DNA from: a virus
Strand: one strand, 5' to 3'
Virus record (IMG/VR): IMGVR_UViG_3300045988_006413
DNA: 40,798 nucleotides
In this document: positions 8,004 through 14,913 of the stretch, one piece after another
How the letters are laid out: every line of letters begins with the position of its first letter
Position numbering within the stretch: the first letter of the stretch is position 1
The notes under the pieces: model-generated
The model's database searches: none
Told to the model about the DNA's origin: nothing
What the model saw: only the letters and a program-made list of their open reading frames with translations
Position numbers and translations under genes: made by a program

Positions 8004-8596
8004 GCCTGTACCGCCTTCATGTAGCAGTCCCAGCACATGCACTGTCCCTTCTTCTTTGTGGTCTGCTCCGCAATCGCTCTGGCGGAGTAGTTCTTCCCGT
8101 CAAAGGAGATCGGCACAACATCGTTGCCGCAGACGGAACACTTAAATGGTTTCGCCGTCTGCTTCGGCTCCTGCTTGGCTGTCTGCCGGGGAGCCTCGCG
8201 CCCTTGATACTCATCCGTGTCGGCGTCCTTCGTGTCATCAATGGCGAACAGTCCATTCAAAGCGTACTTTCTCGCGTAGCTGGACGCTGTGCCGGTGATT
8301 TGGCTCTCGTCCATGCCCTTCTTTGTCTCGGCTTCTCGGGCAAAAGCATGAGTAGAGATCGTCGCGCCCTCCGCATGGTCTGTCAGTGTCGCCGTGGCCT
8401 TGACGTAAACGCGATCCCCGATGCACAAAACGTCATCGTCCAGTGTCAGGCTACACATATTCGCCGCCAAGAGCGGCTTGACCGCTTCCAAAATATCCTC
8501 GCAGGAGCGGTAATTGTAGTTGCCGAAGTTATTGCGTTTCGACTTCGGCGCTTTCAGATCCAGCTGAATCGTTGTCAGTTTCTCTTGAATATTCAT
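8000..8596 (-). CDS. ERF-family single-strand annealing recombinase
   Basis: NFGNYNYRSCEDILEAVKPLL...GTASSYARKYALNGLFAIDD. C-terminal zinc-ribbon-like CSVCG...CWDC. Confidence 0.8.
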   Translation of the reverse strand: MNIQEKLTTIQLDLKAPKSKRNNFGNYNYRSCEDILEAVKPLLAANMCSLTLDDDVLCIGDRVYVKATATLTDHAEGATISTHAFAREAETKKGMDESQITGTASSYARKYALNGLFAIDDTKDADTDEYQGREAPRQTAKQEPKQTAKPFKCSVCGNDVVPISFDGKNYSARAIAEQTTKKKGQCMCWDCYMKAVQA

Positions 8597-8798
8597 TCAA
8601 ATCCTCCAATTCCAGACGGCAGTAGTAACCTCTGCCGTACTCGTTCAACAGATATTCCCCGGTCAATCTGCACTGTTTACGGGAGTAGGTCTCATAAAAA
8701 GGGCAGTATGCGCAGCAGATATGATCCTTTTCAAAGTAGATGCTGCACCGCACTTCAACCGGAGTGTAGACGTACTCATTCGATAACCCTTTTTTCAT
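8529..8798 (-). CDS. Cys-rich hypothetical protein, 89 aa
   Basis: Internal ATG of track ORF 8529..9149: MKKGLSNEYVYTPVEVRCSIYFEKDHICCAYCPFYE... The upstream part of that ORF overlaps better-supported genes. Confidence 0.45.
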   Translation of the reverse strand: MKKGLSNEYVYTPVEVRCSIYFEKDHICCAYCPFYETYSRKQCRLTGEYLLNEYGRGYYCRLELEDLNEYSRETDNDSAGSESAEVETQ

Positions 8799-9018
8799 AG
8801 CCAAGCTGCTCCATGATGAAGTCCATCCCGAGGTTTTCCACCAGAAATGCCATAACTTCGTTGGATGGATCGTATCTGTCCTTACGCTCCAGGCATTTGA
8901 AGCGCCCGCATGTACCTTCCCAGATCTTCTCGCCGGCATAGACCTCGTTCCCGAGCCGATCACAACCACGCGGCTCCTCTTGCTGCGGGTCTTTGGAATA
9001 ATCAATTTCCGGTAACAT
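8776..9018 (-). CDS. Hypothetical protein, 80 aa
   Basis: Start at MLPEIDYS with SD GGAGGA. Confidence 0.5.
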   Translation of the reverse strand: MLPEIDYSKDPQQEEPRGCDRLGNEVYAGEKIWEGTCGRFKCLERKDRYDPSNEVMAFLVENLGMDFIMEQLGYEKRVIE

Positions 9019-9229
9019 TCCTGTCCTCCAATCTGTACTTCGCAAATCTCACGACTTCGCCAAACCGGTTTTTCTTCTGCACGATCTCGCTCGTGATGGG
9101 CCAGCCCTCCGCCTTGAGATCCGCTACACGCGCTGCCAGCCGGAAGCATCCGTACTGGTCAAGCGCTTCAACTGGCGTGATGGAGCCGATGGTCTGAAGA
9201 TGAAACAGAATCTTATCGCACTGCGTCAC
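9002..9229 (-). CDS. Winged-helix DNA-binding protein (HTH_36/39-like)
   Basis: CDKILFHLQTIGSITPVEALDQYGCFRLAARVADLKAEGWPI pattern. GTG start at 9229 after GGAGGG (the track ATG is at 9244). Confidence 0.5.
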   Translation of the reverse strand: MTQCDKILFHLQTIGSITPVEALDQYGCFRLAARVADLKAEGWPITSEIVQKKNRFGEVVRFAKYRLEDRNVTGN

Positions 9230-9456
9230 TTGACATCCCTCCATCCAGCTGTTAAAATGTGACTAAAGACATATTCCCGATGGCTGATCGGTTTGTCTTC
9301 CTCTGGCTGCTCGCGTCTGTCCACGCGGGCAGCCTTTTTCTTTGCCCCTGAACGGCGGATATTGTCCCAGCTGCACAGCCATTCCCGCTGCCAGCTGGAC
9401 TTACAAATGCGCTCCTGGCAGATCTCTTCGCGTGGGCATCCCTCGCATAGCTTCAC
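9226..9456 (-). CDS. Cys-rich hypothetical protein, 76 aa
   Basis: GTG start with GTGA overlap with the upstream micro-ORF stop. Sequence KLCEGCPREEICQERIC. Confidence 0.45.
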   Translation of the reverse strand: MKLCEGCPREEICQERICKSSWQREWLCSWDNIRRSGAKKKAARVDRREQPEEDKPISHREYVFSHILTAGWRDVK

Positions 9457-9569
9457 AAAGATTTGTCATCCTCCGCGCCCCAGTAGTTTCTCTGCCTCTC
9501 TGCGGCTTCCTCCAGCGCTTTCCACGCCGCCTTGAGCCGGGAGACGATATAACAGATCCAGCCCATCAT
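9453..9569 (-). CDS. Micro-ORF, 38 aa (below ORF-track cutoff)
   Basis: Read by hand: MMGWICYIVSRLKAAWKALEEAAERQRNYWGAEDDKSL. ATGA overlap upstream and GTGA overlap downstream, fitting the coupling chain. Confidence 0.4.
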   Translation of the reverse strand: MMGWICYIVSRLKAAWKALEEAAERQRNYWGAEDDKSL

Positions 9570-9745
9570 GCCATCCCGTACCCCGTCAGCACCGCGGACA
9601 GCGTCGCGAGCAGCGCCGCTTCAAGCCGGAGGTCAAACACGCGCCAGTAGAAAAAAGCCGCCATCAAAAACAGACCGCCAAACACCAGCGCCGCCCGCTT
9701 CAACATCCGCCGCAACGCGGCGTACCATTCTCTCTTTGAGATCAT
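9566..9745 (-). CDS. Small membrane protein, 59 aa
   Basis: Start at MISKREW with SD AAGGAGGAAGG and ATGA overlap. Two hydrophobic segments. Confidence 0.55.
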   Translation of the reverse strand: MISKREWYAALRRMLKRAALVFGGLFLMAAFFYWRVFDLRLEAALLATLSAVLTGYGMA

Positions 9746-9963
9746 CTTCCTTCCTCCTTTTCCCCGAGAAACGCCAGAAACGGCTTTCTCGGTATTTTTA
9801 CGCGGCTCCCGATGCAGCACACCGGGAATCCAAGTCCGGCGGGGTTCTGCCGCGCCCGAAGCCGCAGCTCGTGGGGATTACACCCCAAAAACCACGAAGC
9901 CATCTCCGGCGTAATGATCGGCGCGTCCGATTGCTTTAGTTCTTCCAGCGTCATACGTTGCAT
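9742..9963 (-). CDS. Excisionase-family (HTH_17/MerR-like) DNA-binding protein; Xis or Cro-like early regulator
   Basis: ITPEMASWFLGCNPHELRLRAR...IGSRVKIPRKPFLAFL pattern. SD GGAGGAA. Second gene of the early leftward operon. Confidence 0.6.
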   Translation of the reverse strand: MQRMTLEELKQSDAPIITPEMASWFLGCNPHELRLRARQNPAGLGFPVCCIGSRVKIPRKPFLAFLGEKEEGR

Positions 9964-9965
9964 GC

Positions 9966-10106
9966 TTATTCCTCCTTCTTCGGCTGCGCTTCTTTTACAA
10001 GAAGCATCCCATATGCAATGTCGCTCAATCTCTGAATCTCCTCGGCGTCGAGTTTGTCAACGTCAACGCCGACGGTTTTTAGAACCTGCTTGGATTCCTC
10101 GGGCAT
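9966..10106 (-). CDS. Micro-ORF, 46 aa, first gene after the early promoter (below ORF-track cutoff)
   Basis: Translated codon by codon: MPEESKQVLKTVGVDVDKLDAEEIQRLSDIAYGMLLVKEAQPKKEE. SD GAGGTG 6 nt upstream. Its stop lies in the SD of the next gene. Confidence 0.5.
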   Translation of the reverse strand: MPEESKQVLKTVGVDVDKLDAEEIQRLSDIAYGMLLVKEAQPKKEE

Positions 10107-10127
10107 TTGATTCACCTCGCTTCCATA

Positions 10128-10143
10128 CGACATTTTTATGTCG
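10128..10143. promoter_or_regulatory. Inverted repeat cgacat-tttt-atgtcg in the early leader
   Basis: 6-4-6 palindrome between the early promoter -10 and the first RBS. Confidence 0.5.
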
Positions 10144-10148
10144 CTTGA

Positions 10149-10163
10149 TGTATTGTGACTACA
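10149..10163. promoter_or_regulatory. Operator-like site O3 (tgtattgtgactaca)
   Basis: 15-bp site with 2 mismatches to the perfect palindrome at 10222..10236. It abuts the -10 of the leftward promoter. Confidence 0.6.
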
Positions 10164-10191
10164 TTATAGACCCTTATTTTTGTTTTGTCAA
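10163..10191 (-). promoter_or_regulatory. Early (lytic, leftward) sigma-70-type promoter
   Basis: Minus strand reads TTGACA (10186..10191), a 17-nt spacer, then TATAAT (10163..10168). Both hexamers match consensus. Confidence 0.8.
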
Positions 10192-10195
10192 TACA
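10181..10195. promoter_or_regulatory. Operator-like site O2 (tgttttgtcaataca)
   Basis: One half-site mismatch to the O1 palindrome. Overlaps the -35 of the leftward promoter. Confidence 0.6.
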
Positions 10196-10221
10196 TTTTT
10201 GCGCTTTTGAATAAATATTTT

Positions 10222-10236
10222 TGTATTGACAATACA
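10222..10236. promoter_or_regulatory. Operator-like site O1 (tgtattg-a-caataca, perfect 7-1-7 palindrome)
   Basis: Perfect inverted repeat overlapping the -35 of the rightward repressor promoter. Confidence 0.65.
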
Positions 10237-10254
10237 TTTATATTGTGTATAATA
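10226..10254 (+). promoter_or_regulatory. Repressor (rightward) sigma-70-type promoter
   Basis: TTGACA (10226..10231), a 17-nt spacer ending in TGt (extended -10), then TATAAT (10249..10254). GGAGGTG RBS and ATG at 10274 follow. Confidence 0.8.
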
Positions 10255-10273
10255 GTTTTAGGAGGTGTCCTAA

Positions 10274-10645
10274 ATGACCATCAATGAACGCATAAAAGCC
10301 ATCCGAAAAAAAACCGGATTATCTCAGACTGATTTTGCAGAACGGCTTGGAACAACGCGGGGTGTAATCACAAACCTTGAAGGTGCAAAAACAGAACCGA
10401 ATGAGCCATTTTTACGGCTTATCTGTAAAGAGTTTAATGTCAACGAAACATGGCTTCGCACCGGAGAGGGTGAAATGATGAAGGAGTTGACGCAAAATCA
10501 GGAAATCGCAGAGTTCCTCGGGAAAGTTATGAACGACCCGGATGACGCGGCAAGGAAACGTTTTATATCAATCGTTAGCCAGCTCGGCGTTAAAGAATGG
10601 GAGATACTTGCCGAAATCGCAGAAAAATGGGCACAGGGGAAATAA
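10274..10645 (+). CDS. XRE-family HTH repressor (CI-like)
   Basis: N-terminal INERIKAIRKKTGLSQTDFAERLGTTRGVITNLEG is a classic HTH_3. Divergent from the early operon. Confidence 0.85.
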   Translation: MTINERIKAIRKKTGLSQTDFAERLGTTRGVITNLEGAKTEPNEPFLRLICKEFNVNETWLRTGEGEMMKELTQNQEIAEFLGKVMNDPDDAARKRFISIVSQLGVKEWEILAEIAEKWAQGK

Positions 10646-10658
10646 CCCCTGTGCCCAT
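10627..10658. terminator. Bidirectional intrinsic terminator hairpin
   Basis: 13-bp perfect stem atgggcacagggg / cccctgtgcccat with loop aaataa containing the repressor stop codon. U-rich tracts on both strands. Confidence 0.7.
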
Positions 10659-10670
10659 TTGCTATGTATG

Positions 10671-10781
10671 CTATTTGTTGACCATCGTTTTCAAAAACCG
10701 CCAGAGGAGGTCAAGTTCCTCATCCGTTGCGCACCGCATCAGGCGCGCGATCTCCTGTTCCAGCCATGTTCTATCATTCAT
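10671..10781 (-). CDS. 36-aa peptide with its own promoter
   Basis: MNDRTWLEQEIARLMRCATDEELDLLWRFLKTMVNK. SD AAGGAG 7 nt upstream. Near-consensus promoter upstream and a terminator downstream. Confidence 0.5.
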   Translation of the reverse strand: MNDRTWLEQEIARLMRCATDEELDLLWRFLKTMVNK

Positions 10782-10838
10782 TCCGTTGCTCCTTCGTCCT
10801 TCGTTCGTGTCGGCTGATTCGTGTGAGGCAGTGGCGTA

Positions 10839-10867
10839 ATTATAAAACATTCGTTCTATAATTTCAA
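10839..10867 (-). promoter_or_regulatory. Promoter for the 36-aa peptide gene
   Basis: Minus strand reads TTGAAA (10862..10867), a 17-nt spacer, then TATAAT (10839..10844). Confidence 0.65.
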
Positions 10868-10919
10868 GATGCATTTGTACTCTAAAACATTTTTCGGAAT
10901 ATAGCTGCACTTTTAACTG

Positions 10920-10948
10920 TTGATATTTTGCGGAAGCTATTATATATT
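10920..10948 (+). promoter_or_regulatory. Promoter for the Zn-ribbon membrane protein gene
   Basis: TTGATA (10920..10925), a 17-nt spacer, then TATATT (10943..10948). GGAGGGA RBS follows. Confidence 0.6.
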
Positions 10949-10981
10949 GGACATATAGATATTATTTTAGGAGGGAACAAA

Positions 10982-11455
10982 ATGATTTGTCCTCAATGCG
11001 GCAGCGAAAATGTAACAATCACCATGCACCAGATCGGCAGTGAAACAGAAAAATATGGCGTCGGATTTGACGGGCACATGAACAACCTCGCACGCGGAAT
11101 CGTCGCGGTCTGCACACTTGGCCTGTCGAACCTGTTCTGGCGCAAGCGTACCGGCAGCGAGCGGGCAGTCATGCGCACCAAGAAAATCTGCCTTTGCCAA
11201 AACTGCGGACATTCGTGGGAAATCCGGGAAAAAAGTGAAAGCACCCTCAGTGAAGAAGAAAAGCACAAAATCATCCGTAACGGTGTGATCTCGCTTGCTT
11301 TACTTATTGTCATTGCCGGTGTCGTTGTGCAGTGGATCGTCGGCGCGACAAACCTTCGGATTCTCTATGTCGCTTACGTCGCTGCTGTCATTGCCGGAGC
11401 TAAGCGCGTCTACGACGCAATCCGTGCCCTCAAAAATGATGGTTCCGGAGAATAA
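10982..11455 (+). CDS. Zinc-ribbon membrane protein, 157 aa (candidate superinfection-exclusion/accessory protein)
   Basis: Start at MICPQCGSENV with SD GGAGGGA. Second CxxC is CQNCGH. C-terminal hydrophobic helices (ISLALLIVIAGVVVQWIV...YVAYVAAVIAGA). Confidence 0.65.
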   Translation: MICPQCGSENVTITMHQIGSETEKYGVGFDGHMNNLARGIVAVCTLGLSNLFWRKRTGSERAVMRTKKICLCQNCGHSWEIREKSESTLSEEEKHKIIRNGVISLALLIVIAGVVVQWIVGATNLRILYVAYVAAVIAGAKRVYDAIRALKNDGSGE

Positions 11456-11517
11456 GAGACGCAGAAACGGTCGATTCATTTCGGTTGCTTTACTATCGAA
11501 AGGCTGTCATACTGGAA

Positions 11518-11691
11518 TTAGCTAAACATCGTCTGCTTTTTGCAGCCGTCGCCGGTTTCTGATAGACAACTAAACCACAGTTTCCCGCCTTTCACATACT
11601 CGATGGAAAAGGCTTCGACATTTCGGAACAGGCCACCATCAACGACGATGTTCACCTTTCCTTCCTCAATTCTGACATTGATGCTCTGCAT
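11518..11691 (-). CDS. Small hypothetical protein, 57 aa
   Basis: Internal ATG of track ORF 11518..12045 with strong SD GAAGGAGGA: MQSINVRIEEGKVNIVVDGG... No convincing promoter seen. Confidence 0.4.
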   Translation of the reverse strand: MQSINVRIEEGKVNIVVDGGLFRNVEAFSIEYVKGGKLWFSCLSETGDGCKKQTMFS

Positions 11692-11839
11692 AGCACATCC
11701 TCCTTCGTAATTCGGCGGTTGCCGTAATTCGACCGTACCACGACAGCCAGAAAAGAACAAACAAAATATCTGCAAGCTGCGAAATCCGACAAATATCTCT
11801 GCAAACTTTAGGGCAAATAATTGAAAGTGAAGTGGAAAC

Positions 11840-12238
11840 ATGGATTTTGAGAAGCTGATTGACCGATGTATACGCACAATCGATGATAGAAATCTAACAA
11901 ATCGAGATGTTGCGCGGCTTGCAGATATTTCCGAAGCTACCGTGTCGAGGGTGCTGGCGACCAGAGGGAGAAATGCGTCAATGTCAACGATCATCGCCAT
12001 TTGTGACGGATTGGGGATTGAGGAGGAAACCATCCAGTACGACATTTCACCAAATGATGTGACGTCGCTGGAACTCGTTTACTTGGAACGCATCGCGGAT
12101 TTGAAAATTGCAATCGAACAGAAAGATCGGTGGATACGGCGGGTGTTCATAATCTGTCTGTCGCTGATTGTATTCATTGTCATCGTACTGGCCGTTGATT
12201 TGCTTATCCCGACGGTCGGATGGTTTCGGGGGTGGTAG
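11840..12238 (+). CDS. Membrane-anchored HTH regulator (XRE-like HTH, coiled coil, C-terminal TM)
   Basis: NLTNRDVARLADISEATVSRVL HTH and a C-terminal RRVFIICLSLIVFIVIVLAVDLLIP helix. Confidence 0.65.
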   Translation: MDFEKLIDRCIRTIDDRNLTNRDVARLADISEATVSRVLATRGRNASMSTIIAICDGLGIEEETIQYDISPNDVTSLELVYLERIADLKIAIEQKDRWIRRVFIICLSLIVFIVIVLAVDLLIPTVGWFRGW

Positions 12239-12249
12239 TCATAGATTGT

Positions 12250-13374
12250 ATGAAATGCAAAAAGGAGATACCAGAGGGCGCGTCCTATTGCCCGTGGTGC
12301 GGAAAGAAACAGGTGCAGGGGCACCGTGGGAAATCGCGTGGAAATGGGCAGGGGTACGCCTATCAGCGGGGAAAAACATGGACGGCCCGCTGGACAGTCG
12401 CCTGCTACCTTGATGAAAACGAAAAGATGCACCAGAAAGTAAAAACGAAGGGCGGCTTCGCATCCAAGCGTGCCGCCCTACAATACGCCGCAAATCCACC
12501 GGAGAAAGAAAAATGCTCTCCAACGGTGCGGGAATATTACAAAACCTATCTGCGTGGGGATTATCAATCGCTGTCATCCAACCGCCAGATCGCCGCAGAC
12601 GCAGCATTTGAACGGTTAAAAGAGATTGCCGACTGTGAGATCGACGCGCTAACTATTCGGCAGCTGCAGGACGTCGTAGACCGCAACGCGAGCACATACT
12701 ATACACGACGTGATATGAAAACGGTGCTGTCACACTGCTACAACCTTGCAATCGCAGAAAAACAAACCACTGTGAACCTCTCAAAATATATCAAACTGCC
12801 AATGCTCGAGGAGAAAACACCGGAGCCGTTCACGGACGATGAAGTTCTGAAGCTATGGAAAACATATCCGCAGGATCATTTTATTGGGTTCATCCTCACG
12901 ATGATCTACACAGGCATGATGCCAGGAGAGCTTCAAAGTCTCAAAAAGGATATGATTGACTTCGAGAAAAATGAGATCGTCGGCGGCGGTATTAAAACGC
13001 AAAAGCGAAAAGATACGCCTATGGTATTCCCGGACTTCCTCGCGCCCGTCCTGAAGGAACTATGCGAGGAAAGCAACTCGCGCGTTGGGAAGGTTTGCTG
13101 CATCAACAAGGACACTTTCTATGCGCGGTACTATGAATGTCTCGAGCTTGCGGGTGTCCGGCGGCTCACTCCGTATTCGTGCAGACACACCACCGCAACC
13201 GCACTGGCCTCGAAAAATATTGATCCATTCACTATCAAGGAGGTCATGCGGCACAGCAAAATCACCACGACGCAGAAGTATGTTCATCCAAATATGCGAG
13301 GCATGGTCGATGCGGTCAACCAAATTCCATCTTCTGATGTTCAATCAGCGCCAGACCCGAAAGTAACTCCGTAA
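12250..13374 (+). CDS. int: Tyrosine site-specific integrase with N-terminal zinc ribbon
   Basis: MKCKKEIPEGASYCPWCG N-terminus. Catalytic-domain pattern ..TPYSCRHTTATALA...HSKITTTQKYVH (R, H-x-x-R, Y). Adjacent to the tRNA fragment. Confidence 0.85.
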   Translation: MKCKKEIPEGASYCPWCGKKQVQGHRGKSRGNGQGYAYQRGKTWTARWTVACYLDENEKMHQKVKTKGGFASKRAALQYAANPPEKEKCSPTVREYYKTYLRGDYQSLSSNRQIAADAAFERLKEIADCEIDALTIRQLQDVVDRNASTYYTRRDMKTVLSHCYNLAIAEKQTTVNLSKYIKLPMLEEKTPEPFTDDEVLKLWKTYPQDHFIGFILTMIYTGMMPGELQSLKKDMIDFEKNEIVGGGIKTQKRKDTPMVFPDFLAPVLKELCEESNSRVGKVCCINKDTFYARYYECLELAGVRRLTPYSCRHTTATALASKNIDPFTIKEVMRHSKITTTQKYVHPNMRGMVDAVNQIPSSDVQSAPDPKVTP

Positions 13375-13418
13375 GTAACAAAATCGAAAATGTGTAGTAT
13401 TTTCAAAGGTTCCAAATA

Positions 13419-13480
13419 CCCTGCTAAGGGAGTAGTCGTCTAAAAAGCGAGCGAGAGTTCGAATCTCTCCTTCCGCGCCA
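13419..13480 (+). other. 3' portion of a tRNA-Ser(GCT) gene (candidate attP core)
   Basis: Anticodon loop CTGCTAA with 3' stem GGGAG, a long variable arm, T arm GAGAG-TTCGAAT-CTCTC, acceptor 3' strand CTTCCGC, discriminator G and CCA. No matching 5' acceptor or D arm upstream. Confidence 0.75.
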
Positions 13481-13522
13481 AAGTACCCGAAAATAGCGTG
13501 TTTGCGCTGCTTTCGGGTACTT
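13481..13522 (+). terminator. Hairpin directly after the tRNA fragment
   Basis: 12-bp perfect stem aagtacccgaaa / tttcgggtactt followed by a T-rich tail. Confidence 0.65.
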
Positions 13523-13613
13523 TCTCTATTTATTTGTTCGGAATAGCGCTAAATGTCGAAATATGAAAAATACATCTACGGACAGCCAAAAACTAAAAAA
13601 TTGCAGTATATAA

Positions 13614-13630
13614 GTTACTTGGTAAGTAAC
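13614..13630 (-). terminator. Terminator after the cargo module
   Basis: gttactt-ggt-aagtaac hairpin. On the minus strand it is followed by TTATATACTGCAATTTTTTAGTTTTT. Confidence 0.6.
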
Positions 13631-13635
13631 ACATT

Positions 13636-13962
13636 TCAGACGTTCCGCACCTTCCGAAGCACTGAATCGTATGCACGGTGGTTGACAAGCGACAGGGTTT
13701 CCATAAGCTCATCAATGATCGGCCAGATTTGCGCCGGGTCTTTTCCCGCAATACTTCGCAAAAAAACGCTATCCCCATACTCGTTAATCGTTTCGGATGC
13801 GGGCGGCGTAGCGGAGTACCGGCGTTCAACCGGCGGCTCCGCCTTGTGCCCCATGCGGTCTTGAATGGTGTAAAGATTTGCGAGCTTGGCATAGTTCGGA
13901 TAACTGGATTCTTCATATTCCAGCCGCGCAATTTCCTTGCGGATTTCAAGCGCATCCAGCAT
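13636..13962 (-). CDS. Cargo gene H: hypothetical helical protein, 108 aa
   Basis: ORF track entry. SD AAGGGGGG. No recognisable motif. Confidence 0.6.
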   Translation of the reverse strand: MLDALEIRKEIARLEYEESSYPNYAKLANLYTIQDRMGHKAEPPVERRYSATPPASETINEYGDSVFLRSIAGKDPAQIWPIIDELMETLSLVNHRAYDSVLRKVRNV

Positions 13963-13975
13963 GGGAGTGCCCCCC

Positions 13976-14353
13976 TTATGCCCGATCGATCTGCTCCATG
14001 CAGTGACGGATAGCGTCGCGGGTTGCGTCGCTGTCCGCGTCGCGCATCATGTCCTCGAGCTGCTCATGCATTCGCTCGCGGGCGTCGGCACGACTATAAC
14101 GCCCCAGAGAATCCCGGCGGCGTCCACGGTAGGAGCTTCCGCGATTATACGTCCCTCGGATGTTTGCATCCCAATCGGCGTCCCGGCTATAACCGGATTC
14201 GTCGAGCATTTCAATTTTGTCGATGTTTTTGATCGTGTCGGTCAACTTGTGGACGATCTCGAGATCGCCAGCACCAAGCTCAGGCTTCCTTGCGATTTCC
14301 TCAAGCTCTCCGCAGAGCGTCGCCCGCAAGTCCTCCATAGCTCTCTTACTCAT
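13976..14353 (-). CDS. Cargo gene G: hypothetical charged protein, 125 aa
   Basis: Start at MSKRAMEDL with SD AAAGGAG. Arg/Ser/Tyr-rich middle (SYRGRRRDSLGRYSR) between helical ends. Confidence 0.6.
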   Translation of the reverse strand: MSKRAMEDLRATLCGELEEIARKPELGAGDLEIVHKLTDTIKNIDKIEMLDESGYSRDADWDANIRGTYNRGSSYRGRRRDSLGRYSRADARERMHEQLEDMMRDADSDATRDAIRHCMEQIDRA

Positions 14354-14366
14354 GTTCATGCTCCTT

Positions 14367-14789
14367 TCACGCCACGCGTTCGACAATCATATTGCTATTC
14401 GCAAAATTGATCGCCTGTGTGCTGATATTTTTTGCGGAAACCGTAAGGCAGCAGCCGCGCGGCACCTCTACAAATGCCGAAACAAAAATGTTGAAATAGT
14501 TCCCGACTGCAGCAGGCGTGACAACGGCGGTCGCGCCGGTAATCGGTTCACCATTGATCGTCAGCGCGGCAGAGATCGCTTCCACCGTGCCACCGGTCGG
14601 AATGGCAATGTTCGCGCCAAAGGCCACGCGGAATCGCGCCTTGCACTGGTTCGTAAGGCCGCGAAGCGTTACGATGCCCGCTCCGGCGCGATGGACGATG
14701 CACCCACCGCTCGCGGCGGGTGTTTCCGTCAACGGCACATTCTGGCCAGCCGCTACGGTCACGATGTTGGAATTGGTATATTCGGCCAT
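14367..14789 (-). CDS. Cargo gene F: beta-rich protein with C1q/TNF-like (BclA C-terminal-type) pattern, 140 aa
   Basis: ARFRVAFGANIAIPTGGTVEAISAALTINGEPITGATAVV...NIFVSAFVEVPRGCCLTVSAKN resembles jelly-roll BclA-C/C1q domains by eye. Confidence 0.55.
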   Translation of the reverse strand: MAEYTNSNIVTVAAGQNVPLTETPAASGGCIVHRAGAGIVTLRGLTNQCKARFRVAFGANIAIPTGGTVEAISAALTINGEPITGATAVVTPAAVGNYFNIFVSAFVEVPRGCCLTVSAKNISTQAINFANSNMIVERVA

Positions 14790-14811
14790 AAAATCAACCC
14801 TCTCTTTGATA

Positions 14812-14845
14812 GATATAAAATGCGGCGGAGCGATTGCCCCGCCGC
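14812..14845 (-). terminator. Hairpin plus U-tract between cargo genes E and F
   Basis: Minus strand reads GCGGCGG-ggcaatcgct-CCGCCGC then ATTTTAT. A second hairpin lies at 14875..14894 (ttttcgtga/tcacgaaaa). Confidence 0.5.
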
Positions 14846-14913
14846 TGCTGTGAGTATCGACACGGAGCCGATCATTTTCGTGAGGTCACGAAAAAGCTCA
14901 ATTTGTGGATTTG

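Noticed and set aside
11692-12045. Upstream two-thirds of the 175-aa minus-strand ORF 11518..12045
   Set aside because: It overlaps the plus-strand HTH-TM gene, which has a convincing helix-turn-helix. Only the 3' 57 codons, which have a strong SD, were kept as a low-confidence ORF.
13381-13480. A complete tRNA gene
   Set aside because: Only the anticodon loop through the CCA end folds correctly. The 5' acceptor strand (expected GCGGAAG), the D arm and the 5' anticodon stem are absent. It is an att-site fragment, not a functional tRNA.
13553-13864. 103-aa plus-strand ORF downstream of attP
   Set aside because: It starts in the terminator region and runs antisense through cargo gene H. There is no RBS and the composition is odd.
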